A stretch of DNA of 64,000 nucleotides from Neophaeotheca triangularis (GCA_054600435.1 BAAIJX010000007.1:124001-188000); one strand, 5' to 3'; numbered from the stretch's first letter, positions 13,144 through 26,487 are shown. Translations and numbers: made by a program. Notes: a model not told the origin generated them from the sequence alone.

Positions 13144-15051
13144 ATGGCTCGACCCGCAGCTTTTGCCGCTCTTGCGGTAGGATTTGCCAATGCAGTTCCC
13201 CAAAACAACTCTCCTTCTGCTCCAGTACGCTTGGATGTTGCGTCTCAAGCCTCAAACTCTTCGATCCAACACACCAACTCGTTTGGATCGTTCAGCATCG
13301 ACCCGGCCTTCTGGATTGAGTAAGAGCATGAGATCGAAAGTCGGCACGAGAAAAACAACCCGCTGACGGTTGACAGATTCTTCGGCAATGCCAGCTCGCC
13401 CAACGAGTTTATCTTTGAGCTCCTAGACAGGCTCGACGAGCGTGGCGCAGCACCAACAATGCGTCCGGGGGGTATCAGCATGGACTCTATGGTCTTTGAT
13501 GAGAATGCCGGAGATCTCGTCCGCACCGAAGACGGCGATGGCGGCATCTTCCGTAGCACAGTCGGGCCCGCCTACTACCAGAGCTGGGACAACTTCCCCG
13601 AGTCGTTCAAGTTTGTCTCGACCCTCAACTTTGACAATGAGTCGTTGCCCATTGCGCAAGGTCTAGCGGTGGCATCGGCAAGGTACCAGGCGGAGCGAAT
13701 TCTCTACTTCGAGCTTGGGTATGTATGGCGTTTTGGATTAATGATGCCCTCAGACTAACGGGTGTCTAGCAACGAACCGACCAACTACCCATCGGAGCGA
13801 TGGAACGGCAGCACCGAAGCATACGTCGAGCAATGGCAATCCTTCATCCACGCCATTGATGAAGCTGTTGACGCAGTGGTTGCCCCCGACACATTTGCAT
13901 CGAACCGCTGGTGGGCATCTTCGGCGACCACAGATGAAACACCTCTCGATGTACGCCCGGCCGATTTGATCCCAGCTGGAGTAGACAGCAACAACGACGT
14001 AGGCGAATACTCCATCCACAGTTACCCATTCAGCACCTGTGACCCGGAACGCCTTGCATTGGCGACTACAGAGAATGTTCTCAACCATACTGGCCTGAGG
14101 CGTTACGCCATTGACGAAATCTACCCTTCCGCGCAGGCTGCTCAAGAGGCTGGGAAGCCTTGGAACATTGGCGAGTTCAACTCAATCTCCTGCGCTGGCA
14201 GGCCCAACGTCTCCGACACTTTCGCCCAAGCGCTCTGGGTTGCCGACACGTACCTCATCTACGCCTCCCTCAACGCCTCCTCGGTCTTCCTGCACAACGG
14301 AGCCGCGCTTGTCTTCCAGTCGGACGAACAGCTCAACGAGGCCGACGAAGACGGTTCTCCCGGTTACTCGACCTACAGCTTTGCGTATCCTCTCGATAGC
14401 AACCTAAGAGGTCCCCGCAGAGCATTGCCGAGCTTCGTCGCGCAGCTAATGATGGCCGAAGCGTTTGCCACATCCGGCACTCGCGTTGCGGCCCTGTCCA
14501 CCCCGGCCGGCGTCAACGGCGACGGGTTCGCGGCCTACGGATTTTTCGGCGAGGACGACAGCGTGAGCAAGGTGGCTTTGTTGAACATGAACCCCTACTA
14601 CGCCAACTCTACACAGGACTACACAGTATCCATCGAAAACCCTGGCGACGAGGTGGGCTATGTCAAGCGCATGACGGCGCCTTACGTGGACACTGGGGAC
14701 ACGACTCTGGCCACCTGGGCTGGCCAGTCTTTCGAGCAGGGCACAGCTGTGGGCGAGTTTGACATCGAAGAGTTGGAGGTCGGAGGAACAGTCAGTGTCA
14801 GAGGTAGCGAGGCGGTGCTCATCTTCTACAACAGGGATGATGTTTATGGCTTGAACGGTTCTGAGGAAACCGACGCCCCCTACCCAGTCCCCACTGGCGG
14901 CAATGACACTGCGATCGACTACCCTACCGGCACCGCTGCCCCTACTGCCGCTCCCACCGGTACCGAGGTCCCTGTCTACGAAGGTGCTGCCTCTAAGGCC
15001 TCCGTCGGCATGGGCTTCCTCGGTCTGATCGCCTACGCTTTCGCTCTGTAA
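13144..15051 (+). CDS. GH79 beta-glucuronidase-like glycoside hydrolase with signal peptide and probable GPI anchor; introns 13320-13376 and 13719-13769
   Basis: N-terminus MARPAAFAALAVGFANA. RPGG motif, ELGNEP (acid/base, formed across intron 2), HSYP, IGEFNS (nucleophile), SDTFAQALW. P/T-rich linker and hydrophobic C-terminus (GAASKASVGMGFLGLIAYAFAL). Confidence 0.88.
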
Positions 15052-16386
15052 ACGCTGCTTGCAACGTTTTTCTGGCGATGAGCCACTGCAAGGTCCAATA
15101 ACGGCCTTTGCTTCTATGTCCTTGTAAGTAGGGCGAGGGTGCACGTTCATAATCTACCGCAATGCCTTTCTGAGGGTTAGGAACCTTCGTAGATAGCTAG
15201 TGTAGTAGTTTGGTCCTACGACTGGGTTACAATGGCGCGTAGCTCGCCTCCGTGATCGACGGCACATTCGATAGGCGCATGATCGCTGTTGCGACGTAGA
15301 TACTGGTCTTTGAAACCCACTACGACTCCCGTCAGTGGCATTAAGTCTGTGAATCGGGTCGCAGAATTTTGTCGAGTTGTGACGCGATGTCCATAGAGAC
15401 CAAAAGGCGACAGTAGTTCATCCTGACTCTGGGAACTATATCTCACTTTCAGGGTTAGTCTGATCCTCCTAATCTTAATTCTCCGATGAGAGAAGACAAG
15501 AACACGGGTTGTGGCCGCGAATGCGAGGCTCAGAGGCTGGAGCAGGCCGACGAGGAACTATTCCGAAAGGGAGCATAGCGGCAACGCCATCATCATTTGC
15601 TACTCGGTTTTGGGGAGGTTGGTCTCGCACAGCCTGGTCATTGGTCAGTGACGAGAGGGGTTTGAAACCGATCCTGCTAGTTTCCACGACGCAGTGATGG
15701 TCCTGTACGTCTTGATCGTTGCGAGCATGAAGTCTCCTACTTTGGCACTGGTCTGGGTGGCAGGGAGTTTCATCGAGCAAGTTGGAGAATCAGTGTCCGT
15801 GAGATGAAAAGACATCAAGTTCAAGAAACGGAAGGGACAAGCGTTTCATTGCTTGACATGTTAAATAGGGCAGGACCCGCTAAATAAGCATTTCGTAACC
15901 CTAACTAGCAGCTCCATGGGACACGTAAATTACACGGAGATCGATGGTCGTTCCCTCCCACCCCTCCCTCCCCTTCTCTCTCACTAGCACGCCCTACTTT
16001 CTATCCCTAGTACTACCTATTATTGCTACCTAGGTAGTACTGTAGTAGTAAACTGTAGGTGCACCACAGCCACAATTCCACAAAGCCATTGGTCCCTGTG
16101 GCATACCGTAATACGAACCGTAGTTTCATGTTCGCCACTCGTTAGCACGCTCGGAATACGGGCTGCAATGGCCTCGCCTAGTGGTCCGGAAGGAACCATG
16201 GAGTCTCATTGGCACTGCCGGACGAAGGAGTTCTCGAGTCCCCATTATTGGCCGTGAGAGCTTCGCGACGCTAAACGCACTGCTTGCCGCCCCCATTCAC
16301 ATAACTAGTAACGGTGACCCAACGATGTTGACGGTTATCACACAACATCACAACATCACCCATTCTCAAACGCCCTCTCCATCACC

Positions 16387-17190
16387 ATGCCGTCCCTCAA
16401 AGCGATGTTGCGGCCGTCTTTGGAGACGTACAAGCTGTGGCGCAAGACGGCTCAAGCAATCATCTACCTCGATGTCGCGACCACATTGCTCTGCATCATC
16501 CAGATACCAACGTCCATTGCAGGTATGCTCCAAAAGCTTCCAACGCCACAGCGATCAAAACTCGACTCTAACAGAGAAAACCCGCAGGTGCTGCCGGGTT
16601 GAATAACTGGTGGTACGAAACCGCCCGCACTTCGCGCGCAAAACAGTCAAGTCCTTCTCAGCTCATCCTTCTCCAAATAGGATCCTTTTCTGGTCTCTTC
16701 CCCCAGCAATCGTCACCCTCGCCATCTCGGTCGCCTCCATCTTCTCCGCTACCCGCCGCCGTCTTCATCCGACTTTCGCCGTGATCCAGTCATGCATCAT
16801 GATGGTCGGCTGGGCGGGCTGCTTGTTCTGGATCAGCATGGTGAATACGACCTGGGCCTTGGGCTCCACCGGCAACGCGTCAGAGTACTACGGCCCAGGG
16901 GAAGACAATTCCGCCGGTGGTGCCTTGTGGGTTGAGATTGCATGCGCGTTGCTGACCGTGTTGTTGTAAGTCTTTCTAGCGATGGGTGAAGGGAACGAGA
17001 CCGATCCAAGGTCGCTGATCAGACTGCCGCTTCTAGGTACATTCCGTATCTCGTCCTGTCGTGTATGGCAGTCCAGCGCCACCGGAACATCAAACGCGAT
17101 ATGGCTCACCAGTCGGCGACTGTCAATCTCGAGGAATTCGCTCCTCGCGAGGACTCGACTTTTAGGCCCAAGGACAATGATCAAGTCTAG
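16387..17190 (+). CDS. Small 4-TM integral membrane protein (MARVEL-like topology); predicted introns 16523-16587, 16613-16680, 16966-17036
   Basis: Manual splicing gives one continuous ORF with four hydrophobic segments (AIIYLDVATTLLCIIQI; WILFWSLPPAIVTLAISVASIF; FAVIQSCIMMVGWAGCLFWISMV; LWVEIACALLTVLLYIPYLVLSCMAV) ending ...KDNDQV*. Confidence 0.65.
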
Positions 17191-17775
17191 GTCCGGTTGG
17201 ACCGGCTTTCCCGGCTGCTATCACGAAGAGACGAGGAGTTCCAAATAATGGGTCTCGGGACAGTGTGGTAGAGGACATGATGTGGTAAATGGAGATGTGA
17301 GGAGGCTTGATATCAGAATTATCACTTGACTTAGATACGACAGAATACCGAGAGTGCATCCTCGCAGCTGCACCAGTAATCATGGACTTGAAATTACCGC
17401 GTCGATTAAGCAACGGGCCAGTCGAGAATGTTTCATCTTCCTCGGAGCGACTGAGGTGACGGTTGGTATGTGAAACTCGGTGACGGGAACAGTTCGCGCA
17501 AGTGACGACTAATACTTGGTAGTTTCGCAGTGCCAAGTTCCAGGCTATGGCAGATATCGACACTCGAGAGCAGCGTCAGCTCGAAGAGATGAAGACTGAT
17601 GCTCGGTATCTTCATTCGCGGTGTCGATAAGGTAGGTAGTAGATCACAGTCAAGCAGCTCGGGGAGTATCGCCCCATGTTGTTCGAGCGGAGCTTTTCGA
17701 ATACCAACCTCAAGTACCTCCATAGGCAACGGGAAGAACTGTATGAGCAAACGCCCATGTTATGATGGTGGACAA

Positions 17776-17879
17776 GGGCAGATGTCAGAAGGTCTAAACC
17801 TTCGCACTGCAACAGTCTCGATGACCACAGTACCCTAGAAGCTCGCTTTCGCAGGACGGGTCGAATCCCGCTTTGCGCT
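17776..17879 (+). pseudogene. Degenerate tRNA-like element (Leu/Ser-type architecture with intron-like insert)
   Basis: 5' GGGCAGA pairs 6/7 with 3' TTTGCGC; A-box-like GATGTCAGAAGGTCTAA; T-arm CGGG-TCGAAT-CCCG lacking one T of the B-box. Confidence 0.35.
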
Positions 17880-19155
17880 TCTTCCGGCTGCTTGTTATTA
17901 TATACCGGGCTATACACTTCGCGCTCGACTTTACCGGGTGTGGTTGATGTTGCGGTATTTTAGACTCCACCGAGACAAGGTGATGATGCTGCTGCTGCTA
18001 CCGCCGACGCCCCTCCTTTCCTTTTTTAATAGCGCGGCATGAGTGCGTGTAGTTAATTTGCCTTACTTCTCGCTGGTATACGCCCGAACAGGCAGGCACT
18101 TGACAGGTGTGGATCAAGCACACACATCCTTATCGACGCCTTTTGCTTCGACGACATAAGGTTCCAAATGGCCGGGGGCCAGGAGATGCGGACGGATGGG
18201 GGGCAAAGGCGTAATCAAGTGCCGTCTATCAGCCTGGGGGTCAGACGACACTGCTTTCGCGGAGTGGACGACATGTTCATTGAATGTTAGGTATTGTACA
18301 GTGGTAGAGGATGATGTGGTTTATCCTGACCAAGATTGATGAGAGACATGACAGTTTGACTGTTGAGTAGTGACTATGTAGCTGCATCTGATGGGGACTA
18401 CTGTCACTACTTCCTAGTAGTTATCATCACTACATAAGATAAGGTACGGTACTGTGCCCGGGTGGGCCACATCGGGGGCAGCTGGCCCGACTCTGCGTTC
18501 ATAGTGGGGTCCGCTTCTCGCCCGTGCTGCCCATGGCACGAAAAGGCAAAGATTACCACGTCAACATTAATATTATTGTCTCTACTACTGGAGGTAGTGT
18601 AGTACTGAGAACAGGATAATAATAAGCCAATGCATTGTTAACATTGTTATTACCTCTCGGCTTCCAAAGTCAGAGATGATCTAAGTTATCTGTCGAATGT
18701 TAGTCAGCTGCATGAAACATGAGGTAGTCGGCGTTAAAGAGCATGTCACCGTTTGGTGGGTTGGTGGGGTCGCGCGGGGCATTATTATTTGTTCCCTCCG
18801 TTGTCTGCGGGCCAAGTTAGCCTGGCCCTGGCCCTGGAGCTGTTGATGAGACGGAAGAATTGCTGCCCACCACCCACGTAGCTCCATCCTGCTCCGTCCT
18901 GCTCCATGGCGACGGCAATGGCCAAAACATACCTTAGTTCTTGCATTCGTCGCCCGTGCAAAGACGGCCCGCCTGGTTCTGGTTGACGTAGGAGGTAGGG
19001 ACCACAACTAGAGATTCTTATTCTTGTCTCTCCAACCCTTCCATTTCTTCCAACCATCTTTCCTTCTTCCCTACCATCATCGTCGTGCAAAAGACCTACC
19101 ACTACTCACACCCTTCCCAACAAACCTAGTCCACCACCAAGTCACAACAGCAACC

Positions 19156-20503
19156 ATGCCCTACCCAGAGAAGGTGTGTTCGACCTTCTCTCCCAAAGAC
19201 CCCACCACGCCCTCCTTACTGACTGACTACCATTCAACTCCAGGCCATCGGCTTCCAAGTCGACTCAGCAGAGACACACACGGAATTCCACAAGCGCGAG
19301 GTCCCCCTCAAGAAGTTCACCGACAACGACATCGACATCCAAATCGATGCCTGTGGTGTCTGCGCCTCGGATCTCCACGCCATCTCCGGTGGCTGGGGTG
19401 AAATGCCATACCCTCTCGCCGTTGGACACGAGGTGAGTTGCCAATCAAGAGCCGGTGGGAGCGGAAGAACCGTCCGTGGTTGACGACAGCTGCGTTCCAG
19501 ATCATCGGCAAGGCCATCAAAGTCGGCTCGAACGTCAAGGACGTCAAGGTGGGAGACCGCGTCGGTGTCGGCGCGCAAGTCTACAGCTGCGGCAAGTGCA
19601 AGCAGTGCAAGAATGGCAACGAGAACTACTGCTCCGGTGAGTCTTGAACTTTCTCCGGGCTTCCTAGGATGAGTGCTGACTTTCCAAAAGTCATGATGAT
19701 CGACACCTGGGGTTCCCAGTGGCCAGAGGAGCACGGCGGCATTGTCTCGCAAGGCGGTTGGTCCTCGCATGCCCGTGTCGACGCGCACTGGGTCTTCCCC
19801 ATTCCTGAGAAACTCAACACCAACCAAGCCGCTCCCATGCTGTGTGCCGGTATCACTGCCTACAGCCCACTGGCACGCAACGGCGCCGGTCCCGGAAAGA
19901 AGGTAAGCAATCTCGTAAGCCCTAACCTTTGCTTCGTCCAGTGTTAACTTCTCGAACCAGGTTGGCGTGGTAGGAATGGGCGGCATCGGGCATTACGGCG
20001 TGCTTTTCGCCAAAGCTCTGGGCGCTGAGACGTGGGCCATCAGCCGCACGCACTCCAAGGAAAAGGATGCCATGTCCCTCGGCGCAGACGGCTTCATCGC
20101 AACCGCGGACAAGGACTGGGAAGTGCCCCACAAGATGACTTTCGACCTCATCCTGAACACGGCCAACGCCTCGGAAGGTTTCGAGCTCGGAAAGTACCTC
20201 AGCATGTGCGACATTCACGGCCGCTTCGTCTCGGTCGGCTTGCCCGAAGACGCTGGCAACATGGTGCACGCCAAAGACCTCATCAGCAACGGAGTGTTGA
20301 TGGGCGCCAGCCACATTGGAAACCGCAAAGAGACGATTGAGATGTTGCAGTTGGCTGCGGACAAGAACCTGAAAGCCATGGTTGAGGAGATCCCGATCAG
20401 TGAGGAGGGGCTTAAGCAGGCGGTCACGAGGCTGCACAACAACGACGTGAGGTTTAGGTTCTCGATGACGGAATATGAGAAGGCTTTCCCTGAGAGGGTG
20501 TAG
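19156..20503 (+). CDS. NADP-dependent Zn alcohol dehydrogenase (cinnamyl-ADH/ADH6-like MDR); 5 exons, introns approx. 19174-19243, 19433-19500, 19637-19690, 19903-19960
   Basis: CGVCASDLH, GHE, GDRVGVGAQVYSCGKCKQCKNGNENYC, APMLCAGITAYSPL, GMGGIGH. Confidence 0.93.
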
Positions 20504-21007
20504 AGAGAGAGAGAGGGTTTGTAGGTAGTAAGGAAGGATTGGGAAAGACGAGGGAAGGTCTATGCACACGATATGATCATGGAAAGAATACTTCTAGGTA
20601 CTCGGCTGGTGCTTTCAGTTTGCTCAAGCTTCCATCAAGGTTGTGTCCACAGGTGTAGTCATCCTCAGCCGTTGCTCTCTCGACGCCCGTAAACTTAGTC
20701 GCAGCAATAGATAAAACCTTGATGGATACCGCAGAACACCTAGTGCGGCGTCGTTGCACAGTAATGTCCAAGTCTTCCGTCGGATCATATCCGGCCGCGA
20801 CGCAGCCCACAAGCACGCAAAAGCGCAGGCTCTTCTATTATCATAAACCAGTAGGTAGTGAACGAGAAAGTCGTGTATAAGGAAATTCTCAATTTGAAGT
20901 TGATTCAATGATACATAAACTCTCGCCGAGTCAAGCCTAGCCTCCTAGCTCAAGCAGCCAGGACAGACGTCGCGATTTGATGAATGAGAATTCAAGACAC
21001 GCGAGCC

Positions 21008-22847
21008 TCACGGCACATATCTGAACTCGGGATTGCGGTAGCCCAGCTCGCCGTTTTGGATCTGCTCCTCGCTCAGCCCTTCCAAGCGGTGGTCGCGCTT
21101 GCCAGCGTCCCGTTGTCTGTTCTCCCAGTAGCAGTAGAAGAGGCCGAAGAGCGATAGCAGGGCCACGCATACTTGGGCTACCAGGTTGATGGTGTGGCCG
21201 ATGGGGTAGGTTGGGGCGTCGGTTGCGAGGTAGGTCCAGCTAGAGGGGGGAGGTTTGGTTAGTAATGGTTTTTTTTTTTGTGGTAGATGGCGGTCTTGAT
21301 AGAACTTACGTGGCTACAATGGCACCGAAGGAGCCGATTGAGACGATGAAGGCGCCGGTTACAGCACGGATGGCTGGGCCGGCTGCGTTGTTGATGCCCC
21401 AGCTTAGGAAGCCTGGGCCACCGGGGAAAGCGCCCTGTATATCATTAGCATCACAGCACGGTTTCGGCTTCACAATTTCAATGGACGTACCGCCGTGGAA
21501 AAGAAGACCGCCATGTACTGAATGCCCGCAGCTGGCGCCGATCTGAGCACACCGAAACCGATAATACCCAGAATCGTGAAGCTTGCAAGGTAAATGCCGC
21601 GCATTTTGGTCTTGTCGCTCACAAAGGCCACAGTAATTGCTACAATGACGGCCAGGACGTACGGGGGTACCGACAGCAGTTGCGCCTGCGTCGCTTCATA
21701 CCCCATGTCGCGTAAAAGCGTGGGCAAGAACTACAAATGCGGTGTTAGGTGTCAAACACTTTCGTCAGGGGTTTGAAGGGAAATGTCCGATGCCAAGGGG
21801 CAACTCACGAGTGAAAAGCTCTGCACGGTGATGTTGATAAAGAAGAAGCCGAAGGCGCAGACGAGGTTGTTGATGTTGAAGACGGCCCTCTTGACGTGAC
21901 GTGCCTTGACAACCTCCTGAGCGTTTGCCTTGTGCTCGCGGTACAGACGTTCTGCGGCGATGGCTCGCTCGCGCTCGGTAAGAAACTTGCACGCGTCGGG
22001 TCTGCTTTGCATCCAAATTGGAGCTGCCAGGCCGACGAGCATAGTGAAGAGACCTTCGAAGAAGAATATGTTGCGCCAGGTGTGAATCTGCATCGACGCA
22101 GCACCCCAAGGCGGAATCTGGGCCAGACCGGCGGCGAGAAGTCCTCCGAAGGCTCCGGCCATGGAGGCTGCGCTGACGAAGATGCCGATGCGGAAGAGGA
22201 GCTCGTGTCGGCGGTAGAACTGGCTCAGGAAGAAAGCAATGCCTGGCATGGTGCCTCCTTCAGCAAGACCGAGAGCAGCCCTGACGACGCAAAGGCCGTT
22301 GAAGCTGGTGACGAAGGCAGAACACATGGAGCAAAGACCGAATGCGACGACGAGGAAGGGGATCCAAAACCTGGGTCCGACATATTTGAGCGCCGTGTTG
22401 GAAGGAATCTCGACAATGATGTATGTGACATAAAACACGGTCAAAGCCCAATTAAAGCGATAGCCGTCGTTCAGATCGAGGTCTTCACCCATGCCTTGAC
22501 TGCGTCTGATGTTAGTCCGTTGTCCCGTTGTTTCTGTATTCAAGAAAGGCGACATTTACATTCTAGCGTTTCCGATGTTGGCTCTGGAGCGTAGTGTTAG
22601 CGTGGCGTACTTGTCGCAAAGCTTCTCGGCTAGGTACGTACCTGTCAATGAAGCATAGCAAGTAGAGTATCGTCACCACCGGGACAATGTGCCAATCCAG
22701 CTTATTCCTTATACGCTTCTCTTCCTCCTCATCCCAAACCAATGCCGACGAGTCGATTGCTGATGTTTCGTCTGAATCGCTTGGGGGCGAGGCCTGGGTG
22801 AAGACGGGTTCCTGCTTCTCCATGGAAGCACGTTCGGTAGCGGCCAT
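21008..22847 (-). CDS. MFS transporter, anion:cation symporter (Dal5/Tna1) family; 6 exons, introns 22584-22641, 22500-22559, 21731-21808, 21435-21490, 21240-21309, including a 24-nt micro-exon 22560-22583
   Basis: KLDWHIVP, DRANIGNARIQGM, EIPSN, LGLAEGG, FYRRHEL, WRNIFFFEG, AQLLSVPPY, and C-terminal LGYRNPEFRYVP*. Confidence 0.92.
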
Positions 22848-24672
22848 GATCGTGCGTGCCGTTCCAGAGGATCGTGAGACGGAGAAAGCTGTATGGAAAG
22901 CTGGTGTAGGTTTGGCCGGGAGAGAACTTCAGGCCTAGTTGTGGGAGGCTGCAAGTTTTTCTATTATACGTACAGCAGGCGCCTAAGCATGAAATAGCAC
23001 CGCATGGATCGCCGGCCTGCTTATGTTGAAATTGAAAAATACGGTCGGTCCCATTCGTTAAGCACTCTATAATTGGTGCGGCAGTTGATTCATGGGGGGG
23101 ATAGGCGGCTTGGTCGCACTTGGCCAGGCCTTGGCACCACCAGTGCATACCGGGGGAGTTTGGGGGCCAGTCCCGGTCTGGACTCTGGAGTGAGGTCCAC
23201 GCTGCTGACCGGCTCCACGCATCAGTAGTATGACATGCGGTACATGTCGTTGTTATTTCTTTCCGGGGTTTGTATCCTCATAAAATCGCGGCGTTGCCAT
23301 GTCGATAAGACAAGAAGAATAGGGCAAGCTTGAAGCAAGATTCTCACATGGCCATGGTAACCGTACGCCCCAGTGCTGTTGGCGTTGTTAGCTCCTTGCC
23401 AAGCGGAAGCCCTCAAGCCGGATCCGAGAAGGCCCCCTCCCCTGAAAACGTTATCTGTCGAAGAGTTCCAGGATTAATAGAATTATTATTGTGACAAGGT
23501 TGAGGCACCATCTTGTCTCCTAGCGTCGCTTAACGTATGCTGTGCTGTGTGAGGCATTCCAAGTCATCCCTTTCCGTAAGACTCTCTGGTCAGATTGGGA
23601 GAGAGGCAGGCAGGCAGGCGGGCTGCTCAGTGCTGCCCCCCTTTCTTTGCGTTTTTGTCAAAAAAGCTCTAGATCCGGTGATTTATGCTATGCATTCATT
23701 CGGTTGCTGCTCGCTCGCTCGCTTGCCCGGCTCGGTCCATCAGTCTCCGTCTCCGAGGGTCCTTAGGGTTGACAGCAGCGCCGAATCCGCCATCAGCAAT
23801 CCAAAGGTGGCGTACATACCCCGCGCACAAGAAGCGGCAGCAGAGGTGAAGGTGTAGGCAAGTTGGAGAAGTGTAGACGGTTTGTAGAGAGCGAATGGTC
23901 AAGTCTACATGTATGAGGGGATGGACTGTGCGAAAGATGGCGTCGGTAGAAGAGAGCGGCAGTTCCAGCTTGTCTTCTGCTGCTCACGCCGTCACACTCA
24001 CGGGTGATGAATCGGCAAGGCAGCCCTAGATACAGCACTGTATGTAGGTTATGTACCTAGCACTTCTTTGATGAGCTGTCACCGGCTCTCACAGCTGTCC
24101 GTCAAGTCCAGCGTGCAGGTGGTCAAGATACTTGAATTCTCCGAGACCGTCATGTCAGTCCCGTGGTATCATTGCTCTTCCACTACTGTACCTACTTGTC
24201 AACCTCCGACGTTCATGTAATCATGTTGCAGCCGAAGTGCGAACATGGCCGACGTACAAGGTACCACGGCAGGACCGGACACACAGCTTGGTCCATCGGC
24301 TCCCCAATCATACTGAATGATCTTTGAATCCACCACAGCACGACAGCGGGCTCGGCAAGATCACGACAGATAGCTAAGTACCGCAGGTGTACACTCGCAA
24401 GCCTACTTGCACGTCGTCCTTGCAAGACCTTGCTTGCTTATCCTAGCTACGAAAGATAGTTTCGTCTTCGCCTACTTTAGCTTTGAAGCTCCTCAACTCG
24501 TACAGCGTCGAGGGACCTACCAGCTGTGGGATATAGCTAATCTCATACAAGTCGGCTTACGACATCGTCAACGTCAACGACCGTGAGTGCATTGCAGCGA
24601 AACGCAGACTACATCACCCTGAGCGCCTTACAATCTCAACTCCAGCGCCAGCATTGAATCGACCCCGACAAT

Positions 24673-25743
24673 ATGCCTGCCACACACCCTGTTAAAGGGT
24701 GGACGTACACCGCCGGCTACCCCGGCAGTCTTCAGATGAACACCGTCCACCCACCCATCGCCAATGAGATCAAATCCCTCGGCACGACACCACACATGCT
24801 GGTGCAGATTCATGCCGCCGCGTTGAACCCGGTTGACATCCAGATGATGAACCTGCCGCAATGGCGCCTACCCGTTGCCGGCTTCAACGCGCCCAAGACC
24901 ACTGGCTGCGATTTTAGCGGCACAATCGAAGCAGGTGGACGCACAATGTTCATCCAAAAGGACGAAGTGTTTGGCCTGACCATGAAACCTTTCGACGAGG
25001 CAGGCGGGTCGCTGAGCGAGAAGGCGCAATTCAACATGGAGAACAGCGTCGCGGTCAAGAAGCCTGCAGAGTGGAGTCACGTGCAAGCGGCCGCGGTGCC
25101 TTTGGTCTGGCTCACGGCGCGGACGTGCGTAGAGAAAGTTGCCAAGTTCGTCGAGCAGGGCAAGAGCAAGCGCTTGGTGGTGCTCGGGGGCTCGAGCGCC
25201 GTCGGCATCTACACAATCATGTTGGCGAAGCGTAGGGGATGGCAGGTCCTGACTACGTGCTCGGGCAAGAACAAGGACTTTGTGCTGCAGAAGCTGGGCG
25301 CGGACGAGCATGTCGATTACACGACTTCGCCATCTGTTCGCAAGGCTGCGCAGGACTTTGCGCCGGACGCCGTGGTCGACTGTGTGGGCGGCACCGAGTG
25401 CGTTGGTTTGCCGAGCAGCAAGCGATACGTATCGATCGTGGGAGACAAGACGGGGCGCACGAGTATGGGAGGGCCGTACACCTACATCGATGTCTTTCAC
25501 CCGATCAACATGCTCTCGCAGTGGACGAGGTGGGGGAGGAGTTATATGGGGTGGAGCGGAGAAGAATACGATGTCGTCATGCTGGAATTGCGCAAGGATT
25601 GGTTGCAAGAGGCAGTTGACACGCTGAAGCCGGAGGATATCATTGTGGACAGTACTTTTCAGTTTGACGAAGCAAAGGCGGCGTTTGAGCGGTTGCACAG
25701 TGGGCGTGCGAGGGGGAAAGTTGTAGTAGAGATTAAGAAGTGA
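24673..25743 (+). CDS. NADPH:quinone-oxidoreductase-like MDR enzyme (Yim1/RTN4IP1-like); intronless
   Basis: HAAALNPVD, GCDFSGTI, LGGSSAVG, LGADEHVDY, GRARGKVVV. Confidence 0.9.
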   Translation: MPATHPVKGWTYTAGYPGSLQMNTVHPPIANEIKSLGTTPHMLVQIHAAALNPVDIQMMNLPQWRLPVAGFNAPKTTGCDFSGTIEAGGRTMFIQKDEVFGLTMKPFDEAGGSLSEKAQFNMENSVAVKKPAEWSHVQAAAVPLVWLTARTCVEKVAKFVEQGKSKRLVVLGGSSAVGIYTIMLAKRRGWQVLTTCSGKNKDFVLQKLGADEHVDYTTSPSVRKAAQDFAPDAVVDCVGGTECVGLPSSKRYVSIVGDKTGRTSMGGPYTYIDVFHPINMLSQWTRWGRSYMGWSGEEYDVVMLELRKDWLQEAVDTLKPEDIIVDSTFQFDEAKAAFERLHSGRARGKVVVEIKK

Positions 25744-26487
25744 TGAGGGAGGAAAATCGCGTTCTCTTAGCGTTTATTAACGATGGTAATGGGAATCTTA
25801 GTCTTACTTGCAGCACGGCAGCACGGTGTCAGCATTGTACGTCTTCAAGATCTGCTCGCACGCCGTTGATCGTCTATATAGGAGTAACAGGGAACATAGC
25901 TGATAGAGCGGATGTACCCCCTCATGTGCAGACCAGGCCACAGGACGACACATGTCAGGAGAATGGGATCGCCCCTCTGTCTGAATGATAATAACTCTGG
26001 CTGAGCCAGAAGACGAGACACAGGAACGACGAAGAAAACAACACAGATGTCACTCATCAAGTGCAGTCAGTGGTCCTGTAATGGTAATAATCCGAGTAGT
26101 CACTACTACTGCATTCAATCACCGCAACGTTTGTTTCACCACGCCCCAAGTCCAGCGCATGATGCATCGCAAAGTTCTTACATACAACAGTACATGACCA
26201 AGACAAGACAGTGAATTGTCGAATATCCACGATGATAGGCTGACACGGTGCCTTTGGTCTGCCGCGCCTAGAAGTACCCTAGGTAGGTATACACATGTAC
26301 CGCCGATGATGATGGAGAGGTGGAAGACAAGAGATTAATATTATTATTGCCAGTAGTGTTCAAACATTGGCGCGTCCTGCACTTTCGGAGTTACAGCCCC
26401 AGGCGAATTTCCGGCCTCGACTCGAACCTTGACGACTCGGTCGACGCTCTCGGCTCACCTCCCGTGGCCCGTTACCCGTACCTACAT

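Noticed and set aside
15896..15905. TAACCCTAAC, a telomerase-RNA-template-like or telomeric sequence
   Set aside because: Only 1.5 repeats, under 500 bp from the next gene, and I could not see a pseudoknot or other TER elements; compatible with chance or a Tbf1-type site.
25741..25790. Stop-codon readthrough to a cryptic peroxisomal PTS1 in the oxidoreductase or ADH genes
   Set aside because: Stops are not in TGA-CTA context (TGA TGA; TAG AGA) and I saw no SKL-like end downstream.
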